From Betaproteobacteria bacterium HGW-Betaproteobacteria-12 (GTDB lineage Bacteria > Pseudomonadota > Gammaproteobacteria > Burkholderiales > Rhodocyclaceae): DNA of 64,000 nt. Below, in pieces: positions 41,009-50,020 of this stretch. Numbering within the stretch: the first letter of the stretch is position 1; each line of letters starts with the position of its first letter. The stretch is from assembly GCA_002842345.1 (NCBI GenBank), contig PHCU01000018.1, positions 2,404 through 66,403 on the forward strand, written 5' to 3'. The position numbers and the translations under genes are program-made. Under the pieces are notes generated by a model. The model ran no database searches. It had not been told where the DNA came from and saw only the letters and a list, made by a program, of their open reading frames with translations.

Positions 41009-42016
41009 ATGCAACCCGAAGCAAATTCCACTCTCCCGACCGCCAAACCGCGTCCGGCGCTCCGTCTGGTCAAGACAAAAGAACTCCCCCGAGACGATTG
41101 GCTGGCCGTTCGCAAGCAAGGTATCGGCAGCAGCGACGCTGCTACGTCGATTGGCCTTAATCCCTATCAGTCGCCACTCGAACTGTGGCTCATTAAAACT
41201 GGCCGTGATGGTGGATTGCCCAAGGCCGATCCGCACGATGAAGAGTCCCCAATGTATTGGGGAAATATCCTTGAGCCAATCGTCGCAGCCCACTACACCA
41301 AGCGCACCGGCAATCGGGTACGGCGCATCAACGCGGTCCTGCAGCATCCTGATCCGAGCCTGCCGTGGATGCTCGCCAATATTGATCGCGAAGTGACTGG
41401 CGCACCGGATGTCCAGATTCTCGAATGCAAAACCGCTGGCATCAATGGTGCGCGCCTCTGGAAGGAAGGCGTTCCTGAGTATGTGCAACTTCAAGTTCAT
41501 CACCAGTTGGCAGTCACCGGCAAGCAGGCTGCAGATGTCGCGGTGCTATTGGGAGGACAACATCTGGAAATCCATCGGATCGAGCGTGACGAAACCCTGA
41601 TCACTCGGCTGATCGAACTGGAGCGGCAGTTCTGGCACTACGTGGAAACCGATACGCCACCACCGGCCGACGGTTCCGATTCGGCCGATGCCGCATTGCG
41701 TTGCCTCTATCCAGAAGACAAAGGTCAAACCTTGGACTTCAAGGATGAACGCAATCTGTCAGCTTGTTTTGCCGATCTGATTGCCGTGCGTCAGTCGATT
41801 GCCGAACAGGAAAAGCTTGAAGCCCAGCTAAAGCAAACCCTGCAGCAAGCCATGGGCGATGCCAGTCGTGCCGACTTCGAAACCGGCAGCGTGACCTGGA
41901 AAAAGTCCAAGGACAGCGTGGTCATGGATATGACGCGTCTGCTCAAGGACCAACCCGATCTGCAGCAACGCTATGCCGCGACCAAAACCGGTAGCCGGCG
42001 CTTTCTCATCGTTTGA
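41009..42016 (+). CDS. YqaJ-like viral recombinase (lambda-exonuclease fold)
   Basis: WLAVRKQGIGSSDAA, YWGNILE, ANIDR, LECKTA, YVQLQVHHQL. Confidence 0.9.
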   Translation: MQPEANSTLPTAKPRPALRLVKTKELPRDDWLAVRKQGIGSSDAATSIGLNPYQSPLELWLIKTGRDGGLPKADPHDEESPMYWGNILEPIVAAHYTKRTGNRVRRINAVLQHPDPSLPWMLANIDREVTGAPDVQILECKTAGINGARLWKEGVPEYVQLQVHHQLAVTGKQAADVAVLLGGQHLEIHRIERDETLITRLIELERQFWHYVETDTPPPADGSDSADAALRCLYPEDKGQTLDFKDERNLSACFADLIAVRQSIAEQEKLEAQLKQTLQQAMGDASRADFETGSVTWKKSKDSVVMDMTRLLKDQPDLQQRYAATKTGSRRFLIV

Positions 42017-42091
42017 ATTTCAACCCACACGTTGCTCATGCCGACCTTGGTCAGCGTGAGCAATTGGCAATTTTTACAGGAGCCACAAATC

Positions 42092-42991
42092 ATGCTGAAG
42101 GGACTTGCTATCACTCCGCCCGTACTGGGCAGGATTTCAATCGGCAAGATCGTCGAAAAAGCCGGCAAGCGTCTACCGGAAAAAGATGATCAATTCACGA
42201 TCACCTCCCAGGTGCAGAACAAAGACGGTTGGCTCGTCCATCCGCTTGATGAAGGGTTGCGCAAGGAGCAGGGCGGCAAAATACGGAGCATTCCGATCCG
42301 GCTACTGTTCAATGATCCGGATCTGAATTTTCGCGCTGAGTACAACCTATTCGACCGCAACACCGGGCGCCCTTTGTGCGTTGGAAATGGCTGTACGTGC
42401 AAACGGCAGAGCGAAGAGGGGATCAAGAGCCTGCCTTGTCCGTCACCGGATGGCTGTTCATTGGCAAAGGGCGGTGCATGCAAGCCCTATGGCCGCCTGA
42501 ACGTAGCGCTGGCTGACGACGATCCGCTGGGCAGCTTTGTTTTCCGGACGACGGGGTTCAACAGTATCCGCACTTTGGCCGCCCGACTGCAGTACTTCCA
42601 GGCCATTTCCGGTGATCGGCTGTCCTGTCTGCCGCTGGAACTGCGGCTACGTGGCAAATCGACCCGGCAAAGCCATGGCACACCAATCTACTACGTCGAT
42701 ATCACCCCGAGAACGGGGATGGTGACTGAGGAGATGCTGGCGGTGGCTCAAAAGTTGGATGAGGCTAGGCGGGAAGCGGGGTTTGACCAATATGCCCTAG
42801 ATGCGGCCGCCCGGCAGGGTCTGGGCAATGGAGTGTTCGAGGAGAGCGAGGAGGGCGACGCAACATTGATGGAAGAGTTTTACCCCGAGGAAATTGGGAT
42901 GGGGCAACCTGAAGAGACTAGTGTTCCGGCGAATCTGTCTTTAGCAGACAAGCTGGCGGCTAAAGCGGCGACGTTGCTTGAAGGGAAATGA
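42092..42991 (+). CDS. Recombination-module accessory protein (Gp3/RDF-like, Cys-rich metal-binding)
   Basis: ITPPVLGRISIG, CVGNG..CPSPDGC..CKPYGRL, FRTTGFNSI; usual third gene after DUF932 and YqaJ. Confidence 0.65.
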   Translation: MLKGLAITPPVLGRISIGKIVEKAGKRLPEKDDQFTITSQVQNKDGWLVHPLDEGLRKEQGGKIRSIPIRLLFNDPDLNFRAEYNLFDRNTGRPLCVGNGCTCKRQSEEGIKSLPCPSPDGCSLAKGGACKPYGRLNVALADDDPLGSFVFRTTGFNSIRTLAARLQYFQAISGDRLSCLPLELRLRGKSTRQSHGTPIYYVDITPRTGMVTEEMLAVAQKLDEARREAGFDQYALDAAARQGLGNGVFEESEEGDATLMEEFYPEEIGMGQPEETSVPANLSLADKLAAKAATLLEGK

Positions 42992-42992
42992 C

Positions 42993-43139
42993 ATGTTCCA
43001 GCCCTCTCCGATGGAAACCTTGGCCTCGTATGCGGTCGCGTTTGCCGCCGGCGCCCTCGCTGTAGTGATCGTTTCGGCCTACGGGAAATGGGTCCGGTCT
43101 CCGGGACGTTCGGCGCCGCCCATAAGCAGAGTCGGTTGA
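42993..43139 (+). CDS. 48-aa single-TM small protein (below ORF-track cutoff)
   Basis: MFQPSPMETLASYAVAFAAGALAVVIVSAYGKWVRSPGRSAPPISRVG; starts 1 nt after the upstream stop and is followed by a terminator. Confidence 0.4.
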   Translation: MFQPSPMETLASYAVAFAAGALAVVIVSAYGKWVRSPGRSAPPISRVG

Positions 43140-43162
43140 TAAGCGGCATATTGCTTGAACAT

Positions 43163-43190
43163 ACAGGAAGGGGCTTTGGCCCCTTCCTGT
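43163..43190. terminator. Perfect 12-bp hairpin ending the recombination module
   Basis: ACAGGAAGGGGC-TTTG-GCCCCTTCCTGT. Confidence 0.7.
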
Positions 43191-43468
43191 TCTGACTCAG
43201 TATTTTTTTGGTGACTGAGTGCCGAGGCGCTGATCAGCGCGCGTTTTGACCGGGCTGAGCTGGCGATTGATTCATCCCATCCTGCGTGTGTCGGGCTGTA
43301 TGGATATGACATTGGAAACTGGCGTCTATTGGATCAGAACTTGTAGGCGCTGCTGATCGTCCAGGCGTCGACCTTCTTGTGGCCGGCAACAACGGCAGGA
43401 AACTGATGCTTTGAACCGCTGCTCATTCCCAAGCATGAAACAGACATTTATAGATGCCATAGCGCTAA

Positions 43469-44440
43469 CTATCCGCCAGTCGAGGCCATAATACGTACGA
43501 TCTTTTTGGGATTTGTCTGGAATTCGTGGCTCAATGGCTTCTGCATAACTGCTTCCCGAATTTGAAGTGCAATTTCCTGATCTGTCGATCCTCCACGCAA
43601 CATAGGCAATAGTTCGAGGCGGTGATTCTGACCAAGACATAGGTGCAACGTGCCGGTTACCGAAACCCTGACGCGGTTGCATGCTTCGCAAAAATGTTGA
43701 GACATAGGGGTAATAAAGCCAACCGAGAAGGACTGATCCGGTGTTGCAAGGTAACGAGCCGGGCCAGCACCAGCAACAATCTGATCGACCAGATGGAAGC
43801 GCTCTCTAAGTTCGCTTATTAAGGGCTGGAGGGACGACGAACCAAGTTGACGTGCAGCATCCCCCATTGGCATGTTCTCGATCAAGCGCAACACAAAGTT
43901 GCGTTCCATGCAGTATTTGATCATTGCATCCAGTTCGTCACCGTTGAATTCGGGCAACCAAACCATGTTTATCTTTATCAGGCGAAATCCACTCTTTCTT
44001 GCCACCTCGAGTCCTGCGAGGACATTGTGCAGAGCATCGCGCCGAGTCAACGTCAGAAAACGATGTGGCGACAACGTGTCGAGGCTAACATTCAGTCGCT
44101 GTACACCGGAAGTCTGAAGCTTAGGCGCAAATTCCTGCAATCGTGTGCCATTAGTGCTGAGTGATAGGTCGTACAGTCCAGGGAGCTGCCCTATACCGTG
44201 GACAAGATCGACGATTCTGGCCCTGACCAAGGGTTCACCGCCAGTGAGTCGCACTCTTGAGACACCAAGATCTATGAATATCCTGCATATCCGGACAATC
44301 TCATTGAAATTCATCCATTGATCGGAAATCTCAAAATCATCAAACTCCGGCGGCATGCAATAAGCGCATCGCAAGTCGCAACGATCAGTCACCGACAATC
44401 GGAGATAGTCTATCTGGCGACCACAACCATCAATTAACAT
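43469..44440 (-). CDS. moaA: GTP 3',8-cyclase MoaA
   Basis: RLSVTDRCDLRCAYCM radical-SAM motif, RLTGGEP, FCEACNRVR..LCL, C-terminal GG. Confidence 0.95.
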   Translation of the reverse strand: MLIDGCGRQIDYLRLSVTDRCDLRCAYCMPPEFDDFEISDQWMNFNEIVRICRIFIDLGVSRVRLTGGEPLVRARIVDLVHGIGQLPGLYDLSLSTNGTRLQEFAPKLQTSGVQRLNVSLDTLSPHRFLTLTRRDALHNVLAGLEVARKSGFRLIKINMVWLPEFNGDELDAMIKYCMERNFVLRLIENMPMGDAARQLGSSSLQPLISELRERFHLVDQIVAGAGPARYLATPDQSFSVGFITPMSQHFCEACNRVRVSVTGTLHLCLGQNHRLELLPMLRGGSTDQEIALQIREAVMQKPLSHEFQTNPKKIVRIMASTGG

Positions 44441-44632
44441 CGAATCATGACTTTACCAAAATAGGCGAAAAATCTTACTCGCCATCGCCTAGAAATATGC
44501 AATAAGACTACTTTGCATAGTGTTGCCAACGGAAACGCTGGCAGCCTTTTGTCTGGAGTGGGCGGTTTGCCTTCCACCGTTGCAAGTTGGCTAGACATCG
44601 CCTTGTATGGCATACCGGTTAAGCAGATCGTC

Positions 44633-44800
44633 TCAGGCGTTGTCCCCATCGTGGGAGTGCGCCTTATTTGTGCCCTCCTTGAAACCCCTTACTGCGCCAC
44701 CTAGATCTTGGCCAATATTGGGCAGCTTTTTAGTTCCAAAAATTAGCAGAACGATGACAAGAACGAGCAACCAATGCCAAATGCTAAGAGCTCCCATCAT
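44633..44800 (-). CDS. tatA: TatA/E twin-arginine translocase subunit (55 aa, not in ORF track)
   Basis: [43 protein letters not shown]... Confidence 0.88.
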   Translation of the reverse strand: MMGALSIWHWLLVLVIVLLIFGTKKLPNIGQDLGGAVRGFKEGTNKAHSHDGDNA

Positions 44801-44869
44801 TTGACCTAAATCTTTCTCTGAGTTTCATCTTGAGAAAGCGCTGACGCGCTCAAACACGCAACTGCAGGT

Positions 44870-45730
44870 TTACTGCTTGACGGCTTTAATATCGCCATCA
44901 GCGCCAAAGCCAAGTTTGTAACCAAGCGAAACGTGATGGAAGCGACCCGTTGAATGATCGGCATGAACCGCAACGCCAAACGGCACTGCTTTGCCCTCAG
45001 CCAAAGCGCCCGAAAGCTTGCGCGTAAAGGTGACGGTGTATATGTCCCCCGTCTTCGCACCTTCAGCCTTCGCACTGGTCGTACCACCTTCCATATTGCG
45101 CTTGTCGCTCACAGATCCATCAACAACCTTGGCCCCCTTAGAACTCTTCCACTGCATCAGTTCATAGGCGCCATCCTTTACGTACTTCGTCTTTTTGTCG
45201 TCGGCTCCGGGCATGGTGCGGGCATCGGCGTGGCAGGTCGCCCAGCAACCAACCAGGTCGCCCGGAATCGCTTTTTCACCGGCGGCCGCCGTAACTTTGT
45301 CGTTGGCAAACATAACAGCGACCTTGACATCATTCTCCTTGTCGGCGGCATTGGCCGCTCCGGCGGGAGCCTTGAAAGATAGGCGGATATAGGCATATTC
45401 CTTGTCGTATGCAACTTGCACTGAGACCGGGAAGTTCATCGTTTTTGGAGCGCCGAGCGGCTCCAGATCCTTGCTCGCCAAGCGCTTCATGTCAAAATTA
45501 AGCCCACCTTTTTCTTCGTGGCAGCCAACACAGCTTTCTCCTTTAGCCAGTCCTGTCCGGCCGCTGTGATCAGATTTCTTGGTAATCCACTCAATCGGAG
45601 TTACACCAGGATGGAACACTTGAATATCTTTTTTGGGAATCTTGTTCCAGTCCGGTGAGGCATAAGCGAGTTGAAACCCAAGGGAAAATACGGCGCCAAA
45701 AATGGCGACTGACATGGCATTTTTTTTCAT
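44870..45730 (-). CDS. pcrO: Periplasmic c-type cytochrome, PcrO-like
   Basis: Signal peptide, CVGCH and CWATCH, RFHHVSLGY; position after pcrQ in the perchlorate island. Confidence 0.75.
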   Translation of the reverse strand: MKKNAMSVAIFGAVFSLGFQLAYASPDWNKIPKKDIQVFHPGVTPIEWITKKSDHSGRTGLAKGESCVGCHEEKGGLNFDMKRLASKDLEPLGAPKTMNFPVSVQVAYDKEYAYIRLSFKAPAGAANAADKENDVKVAVMFANDKVTAAAGEKAIPGDLVGCWATCHADARTMPGADDKKTKYVKDGAYELMQWKSSKGAKVVDGSVSDKRNMEGGTTSAKAEGAKTGDIYTVTFTRKLSGALAEGKAVPFGVAVHADHSTGRFHHVSLGYKLGFGADGDIKAVKQ

Positions 45731-45783
45731 TAAATTTCTCCAGGCGATTTGTCGGTGATTGGTGTCAGTGATAGGTGTGGCGA

Positions 45784-46359
45784 TCACTCGTCATCTTCCT
45801 CTTTCATACCTTTCGGCTTGCGGTGGGCGATACCTTTGTGGCAATCGATACAGGTCTTTTTATCGTCCTGAGCGATTTTGTGCATTTTGGCGCCGCGTAA
45901 TTTTTGCTTTTCCGTATTCATGCCTTCGAAACTGTGACAGTTGCGGCATTCGCGCGAATCGCTGGCTTTCATACGTGCCCATTCGTGCTCGGCTAGCTCA
46001 AGGCGCTTGGCTTCAAACTTTTCCTTGGTATCAATGGTTCCCATGAGTTTGCCGTAGATTTCGCCACTCGCTTGAACCTTGCGCATCATCTTGTGGCCCC
46101 AGTCCTTGGGCACGTGGCAGTCTGAGCAAGTGGCACGGACGCCGGTTCGGTTGGTAAAGTGGATGGTTTCCTTGTATTCCTGATATACGTTGTCACGCAT
46201 TTCATGACATGAAATACAGAACTCAAGCGTGTTGGTTGCTTCCATTACAGTATTGAAGCCCCCCCAAAAGAAGATGCCTGCGATAAAGCCGACCGAGAGC
46301 AAACCCAATAGTGAGTATTTAGTGCTTGGTTGGCGCAGCGATTTGAGAATGTTTGTCAT
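45784..46359 (-). CDS. pcrQ: NapC/NirT tetraheme quinol dehydrogenase
   Basis: TM plus CISCHEM, CSDCH, CRNCH, CIDCHKGIAH. Confidence 0.88.
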   Translation of the reverse strand: MTNILKSLRQPSTKYSLLGLLSVGFIAGIFFWGGFNTVMEATNTLEFCISCHEMRDNVYQEYKETIHFTNRTGVRATCSDCHVPKDWGHKMMRKVQASGEIYGKLMGTIDTKEKFEAKRLELAEHEWARMKASDSRECRNCHSFEGMNTEKQKLRGAKMHKIAQDDKKTCIDCHKGIAHRKPKGMKEEDDE

Positions 46360-46453
46360 TTAATTGGCATGCATAATAGCGAGTCGGTTACTCGGCGATC
46401 TGAAACGAGCAAGGTGAGCTTCAGACTCTCAAATGCTCAAATACTGGGGTATG

Positions 46454-46524
46454 GCGATCCTTGGGTCTGGCCCAAGGATCGCGAGACAAGGCTGTTCCAG
46501 GCGCGCATGGGAGGAACAGCCTTG
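46454..46524 (-). terminator. Two tandem 12-bp hairpins immediately 3' of cld
   Basis: GCGATCCTTGGG/CCCAAGGATCGC and CAAGGCTGTTCC/GGAACAGCCTTG. Confidence 0.6.
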
Positions 46525-46528
46525 CCGT

Positions 46529-47419
<891 letters not shown>

Positions 47420-47456
47420 CTAAAAAATTGGTGTTTTCATACATAAAAACTCTTGG

Positions 47457-48143
47457 CTAACTGAATCTATGAATCAATTTCCCGCAGCACACGTGTTGCA
47501 GATGGGCCGTCACAAATTGTTCAGCCAGCTCTGTCAAAGCAACAAAAAACTGGGTTGCCACCTTTGCTTTTACCTCTTCACGCACAAGAGGTAACCAGAC
47601 CACCAAGTGACGCTCCAGAAAATCTCGTTGAGCCCGTTGGTATGCATTTGGGGGCAGGCCTTCCAATTCTGCCTGTGCCTGTTTTGCCGTAAGAAAATGC
47701 ATAAACTCAAGCTCAGCGGTAAGCGTGTCTTCGAGTTCATTCCCTCGGGCGTCCATAGTTAGTCCGAAATTCCGATAAAAGCCTTTTAGTTCGAGAATCA
47801 ATGCCGGACGGTTACTCTGCTGAACATGCACACCCTCATACAAGGCTGCGCTGGGTACCGGCATGTTTGTCTCGAAAGCAGTAAGAAACAATGCTTCGAA
47901 ATCCTCGAACGAGCATGTCAACGTAAGGCGAGGAGCAATCTGCTCGCTAAAATAATCAGCCAGATCGGGCATACAGACCTCTAGTGCCTGTTGCATCTCA
48001 ATGATTAGCCGTCCGTCCGAAAAGCCGGCATAGCTTTCAAGATCAGGAAATCCCAATCCAATAGCAAGCAAGCTATATACACGGCTGCTTGCCAATGACT
48101 GGTCGATTCTTCCAACAACTGCTTCGTCGATAAGACTATTCAT
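47457..48143 (-). CDS. pcrD: TorD/DmsD-type molybdoenzyme chaperone PcrD
   Basis: FYRNFGL, ELEDTLTAELEFMHFL, QRDFLERHL; RBS GAGG before MNSLID. Confidence 0.88.
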   Translation of the reverse strand: MNSLIDEAVVGRIDQSLASSRVYSLLAIGLGFPDLESYAGFSDGRLIIEMQQALEVCMPDLADYFSEQIAPRLTLTCSFEDFEALFLTAFETNMPVPSAALYEGVHVQQSNRPALILELKGFYRNFGLTMDARGNELEDTLTAELEFMHFLTAKQAQAELEGLPPNAYQRAQRDFLERHLVVWLPLVREEVKAKVATQFFVALTELAEQFVTAHLQHVCCGKLIHRFS

Positions 48144-48205
48144 TTGATTCCTCATTTCTTGAACAGGATCCAGGCTGTTAAAACGTCCTCGCGTAACTTT
48201 CATCG

Positions 48206-48916
48206 CTATTCAGGCTCAGGCGCATCTTCCTGAAGTGTTGCGCGAACAGCCGGTACTGGATCGCCCTTGAATACGCCACGCAGCTTGAAGTGAGTATGCA
48301 CAGGGTTGCTTTTTCCAGTCGCCGTTACCGACTTGAGATAATCGAACTGGTACTTGCTATCAACGGCCGGGGAGAAAGGTGTAAATGGTGCCTTTGCTTC
48401 ATACTTCGACGAGCCTTCGTAATTGAGATGGCAACGCGCACATGCTTTTTCCATATCGAAGTTCTGGCCGGCATCCACCAGTGGCTTCCGTTCGCTGGTT
48501 TCCCCTTGTTTCTTGAGCCTGTCCCCTCCATCGCCATGCAAGTTGCGGAATTTCCCACCGGCACCATGGCAGGATTCGCAAGTGACGCCGACCAAGGTCT
48601 TCATATCGTCCAGAGAAGCCCCCGAGACAAATCCACCCGGTTCGCCGTAACCCGTTACGTGGCAACCGACACAGTTTTTGTCCTGCGTGTAGTCCTTTTT
48701 TGGATCCAGTTTTGCCTTGGTTTTCGCCTCTGATTTTGCGTTCGGCTTAAGCGAATCGAAGGCTTTCGCATGGGCCGAAGCGCGCCACGTCTCCCCCTGG
48801 GAGTCGTGACATTTTGTGCAAGCGCGAAAACCGAGGTATTCCGCTTGTTGTGCCACCGTGATACCTGGAAGAAAACCTGCGAAAAACAGGATGGCGAGAG
48901 CAAGAGTTTTTATCAT
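48206..48916 (-). CDS. pcrC: Tetraheme cytochrome c554-family PcrC
   Basis: Signal peptide; CTKCH, CVGCH, CESCH, CARCH. Confidence 0.9.
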   Translation of the reverse strand: MIKTLALAILFFAGFLPGITVAQQAEYLGFRACTKCHDSQGETWRASAHAKAFDSLKPNAKSEAKTKAKLDPKKDYTQDKNCVGCHVTGYGEPGGFVSGASLDDMKTLVGVTCESCHGAGGKFRNLHGDGGDRLKKQGETSERKPLVDAGQNFDMEKACARCHLNYEGSSKYEAKAPFTPFSPAVDSKYQFDYLKSVTATGKSNPVHTHFKLRGVFKGDPVPAVRATLQEDAPEPE

Positions 48917-48948
48917 GGCGAGCAGTCTGGATAGAAACGACAGTTAGG

Positions 48949-48971
48949 AAAAAGCGGCCCGTGCGGCCGCT
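48949..48971 (-). terminator. Short terminator/attenuator between pcrB and pcrC
   Basis: Minus strand AGCGGCC-GCACG-GGCCGCT-TTTT. Confidence 0.5.
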
Positions 48972-48982
48972 CCACTGCAACA

Positions 48983-49984
48983 TCAGGTCAAAGGAGAAAT
49001 CATCATGTCGGCGCTACGACGACCGATCAGAACATCCATCAAGTCCGATGCCTGTCCCTTCATTTTTTTCTCGCGCTCGGTCTGAAGGATCGCCAGCACA
49101 TCACGTACCTGTTTGCCGAACAGGCCTTCCAGCTGAGCTAGCGGAATCTTCGGGTCGGTCGACAGTTCGCCATTCGCCAGCTCCATGCGCGGCCCAAGTA
49201 CAGGCGGTACGTAGAAGACGTTAGGTTCGGTGCCGAATTCAGGATGCAAAGGCAAAGCCACCTTGTATTGCTTGATGAGCTTGTACACCGAGCTGCTGAC
49301 ATCATCGACAAAGCCGACGTGCATCGCGCGACCCACGCATTGAGCAACGCAGGCGGGCGCCACGCCTTTTTCAATCCGCGGGAAACAGCCGATACACTTG
49401 TTGGCCTTATTGGTCAGCGGATTGAAATAGGGCTTGGCGTAGGGGCAAGACTGGACACAAGCTTGGGCGCCCTTGCACTTGTCCTGATGGATCACGACGA
49501 TCCCGTCCTGCTCGCGTTTATAGATTGCCTCGTTCGGGCAGGCTTCCAGGCACGCCGGTTTGGTGCAGTGGTTGCACATGCGCGGCAGGTAGAAAAACGA
49601 GTTGTTCGGATATTCCCCGGCCCCCTGATCCTCGTCCCAGTTGGGTGCCGAGCGGGGGGTCGGACTGGGGCGCACGCGTCCTGGCTTGCCTTCGAAAAGC
49701 CGACCGGCATAGTCGAATTCGAACGGGATACCGTAGTCGATCATCGGCGGGATTTTGCCTTTTTGCAATTCGCCATTCTTGTAGCCACCGCCCTTGGTCT
49801 GCCAGTTCCTTGGGTAACCCAGGCCCGGCGCGGTTTCGACATTTCGCCAGTACATGAAGTCCTGGCCCGGCCCCGTCGTCCACAATTTCTTGCACGCTAC
49901 CGTGCAGGTCTGGCAACCGATGCATTTGTTCAAATCGGTTACATAGGTCAGTTGGCGCTTAGGCGCCTTAATCACATTAGCCAT
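48983..49984 (-). CDS. pcrB: Perchlorate reductase beta (Fe-S) subunit
   Basis: DLNKCIGCQTCTVACK, CNHCTKPACLEACP, CKGAQACVQSCPY, CIGCFPR..CVAQCVGR. Confidence 0.95.
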   Translation of the reverse strand: MANVIKAPKRQLTYVTDLNKCIGCQTCTVACKKLWTTGPGQDFMYWRNVETAPGLGYPRNWQTKGGGYKNGELQKGKIPPMIDYGIPFEFDYAGRLFEGKPGRVRPSPTPRSAPNWDEDQGAGEYPNNSFFYLPRMCNHCTKPACLEACPNEAIYKREQDGIVVIHQDKCKGAQACVQSCPYAKPYFNPLTNKANKCIGCFPRIEKGVAPACVAQCVGRAMHVGFVDDVSSSVYKLIKQYKVALPLHPEFGTEPNVFYVPPVLGPRMELANGELSTDPKIPLAQLEGLFGKQVRDVLAILQTEREKKMKGQASDLMDVLIGRRSADMMISPLT

Positions 49985-50020
49985 GATTGATATTCCTGTT
50001 CTGCTGATCAGCGGTTCTGA

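Noticed and set aside
44513-44530. Possible sigma-54 promoter upstream of moaA (TGGCAACACTATGCA, minus strand)
   Set aside because: GG-to-GC spacing is 9 nt rather than the required 10.
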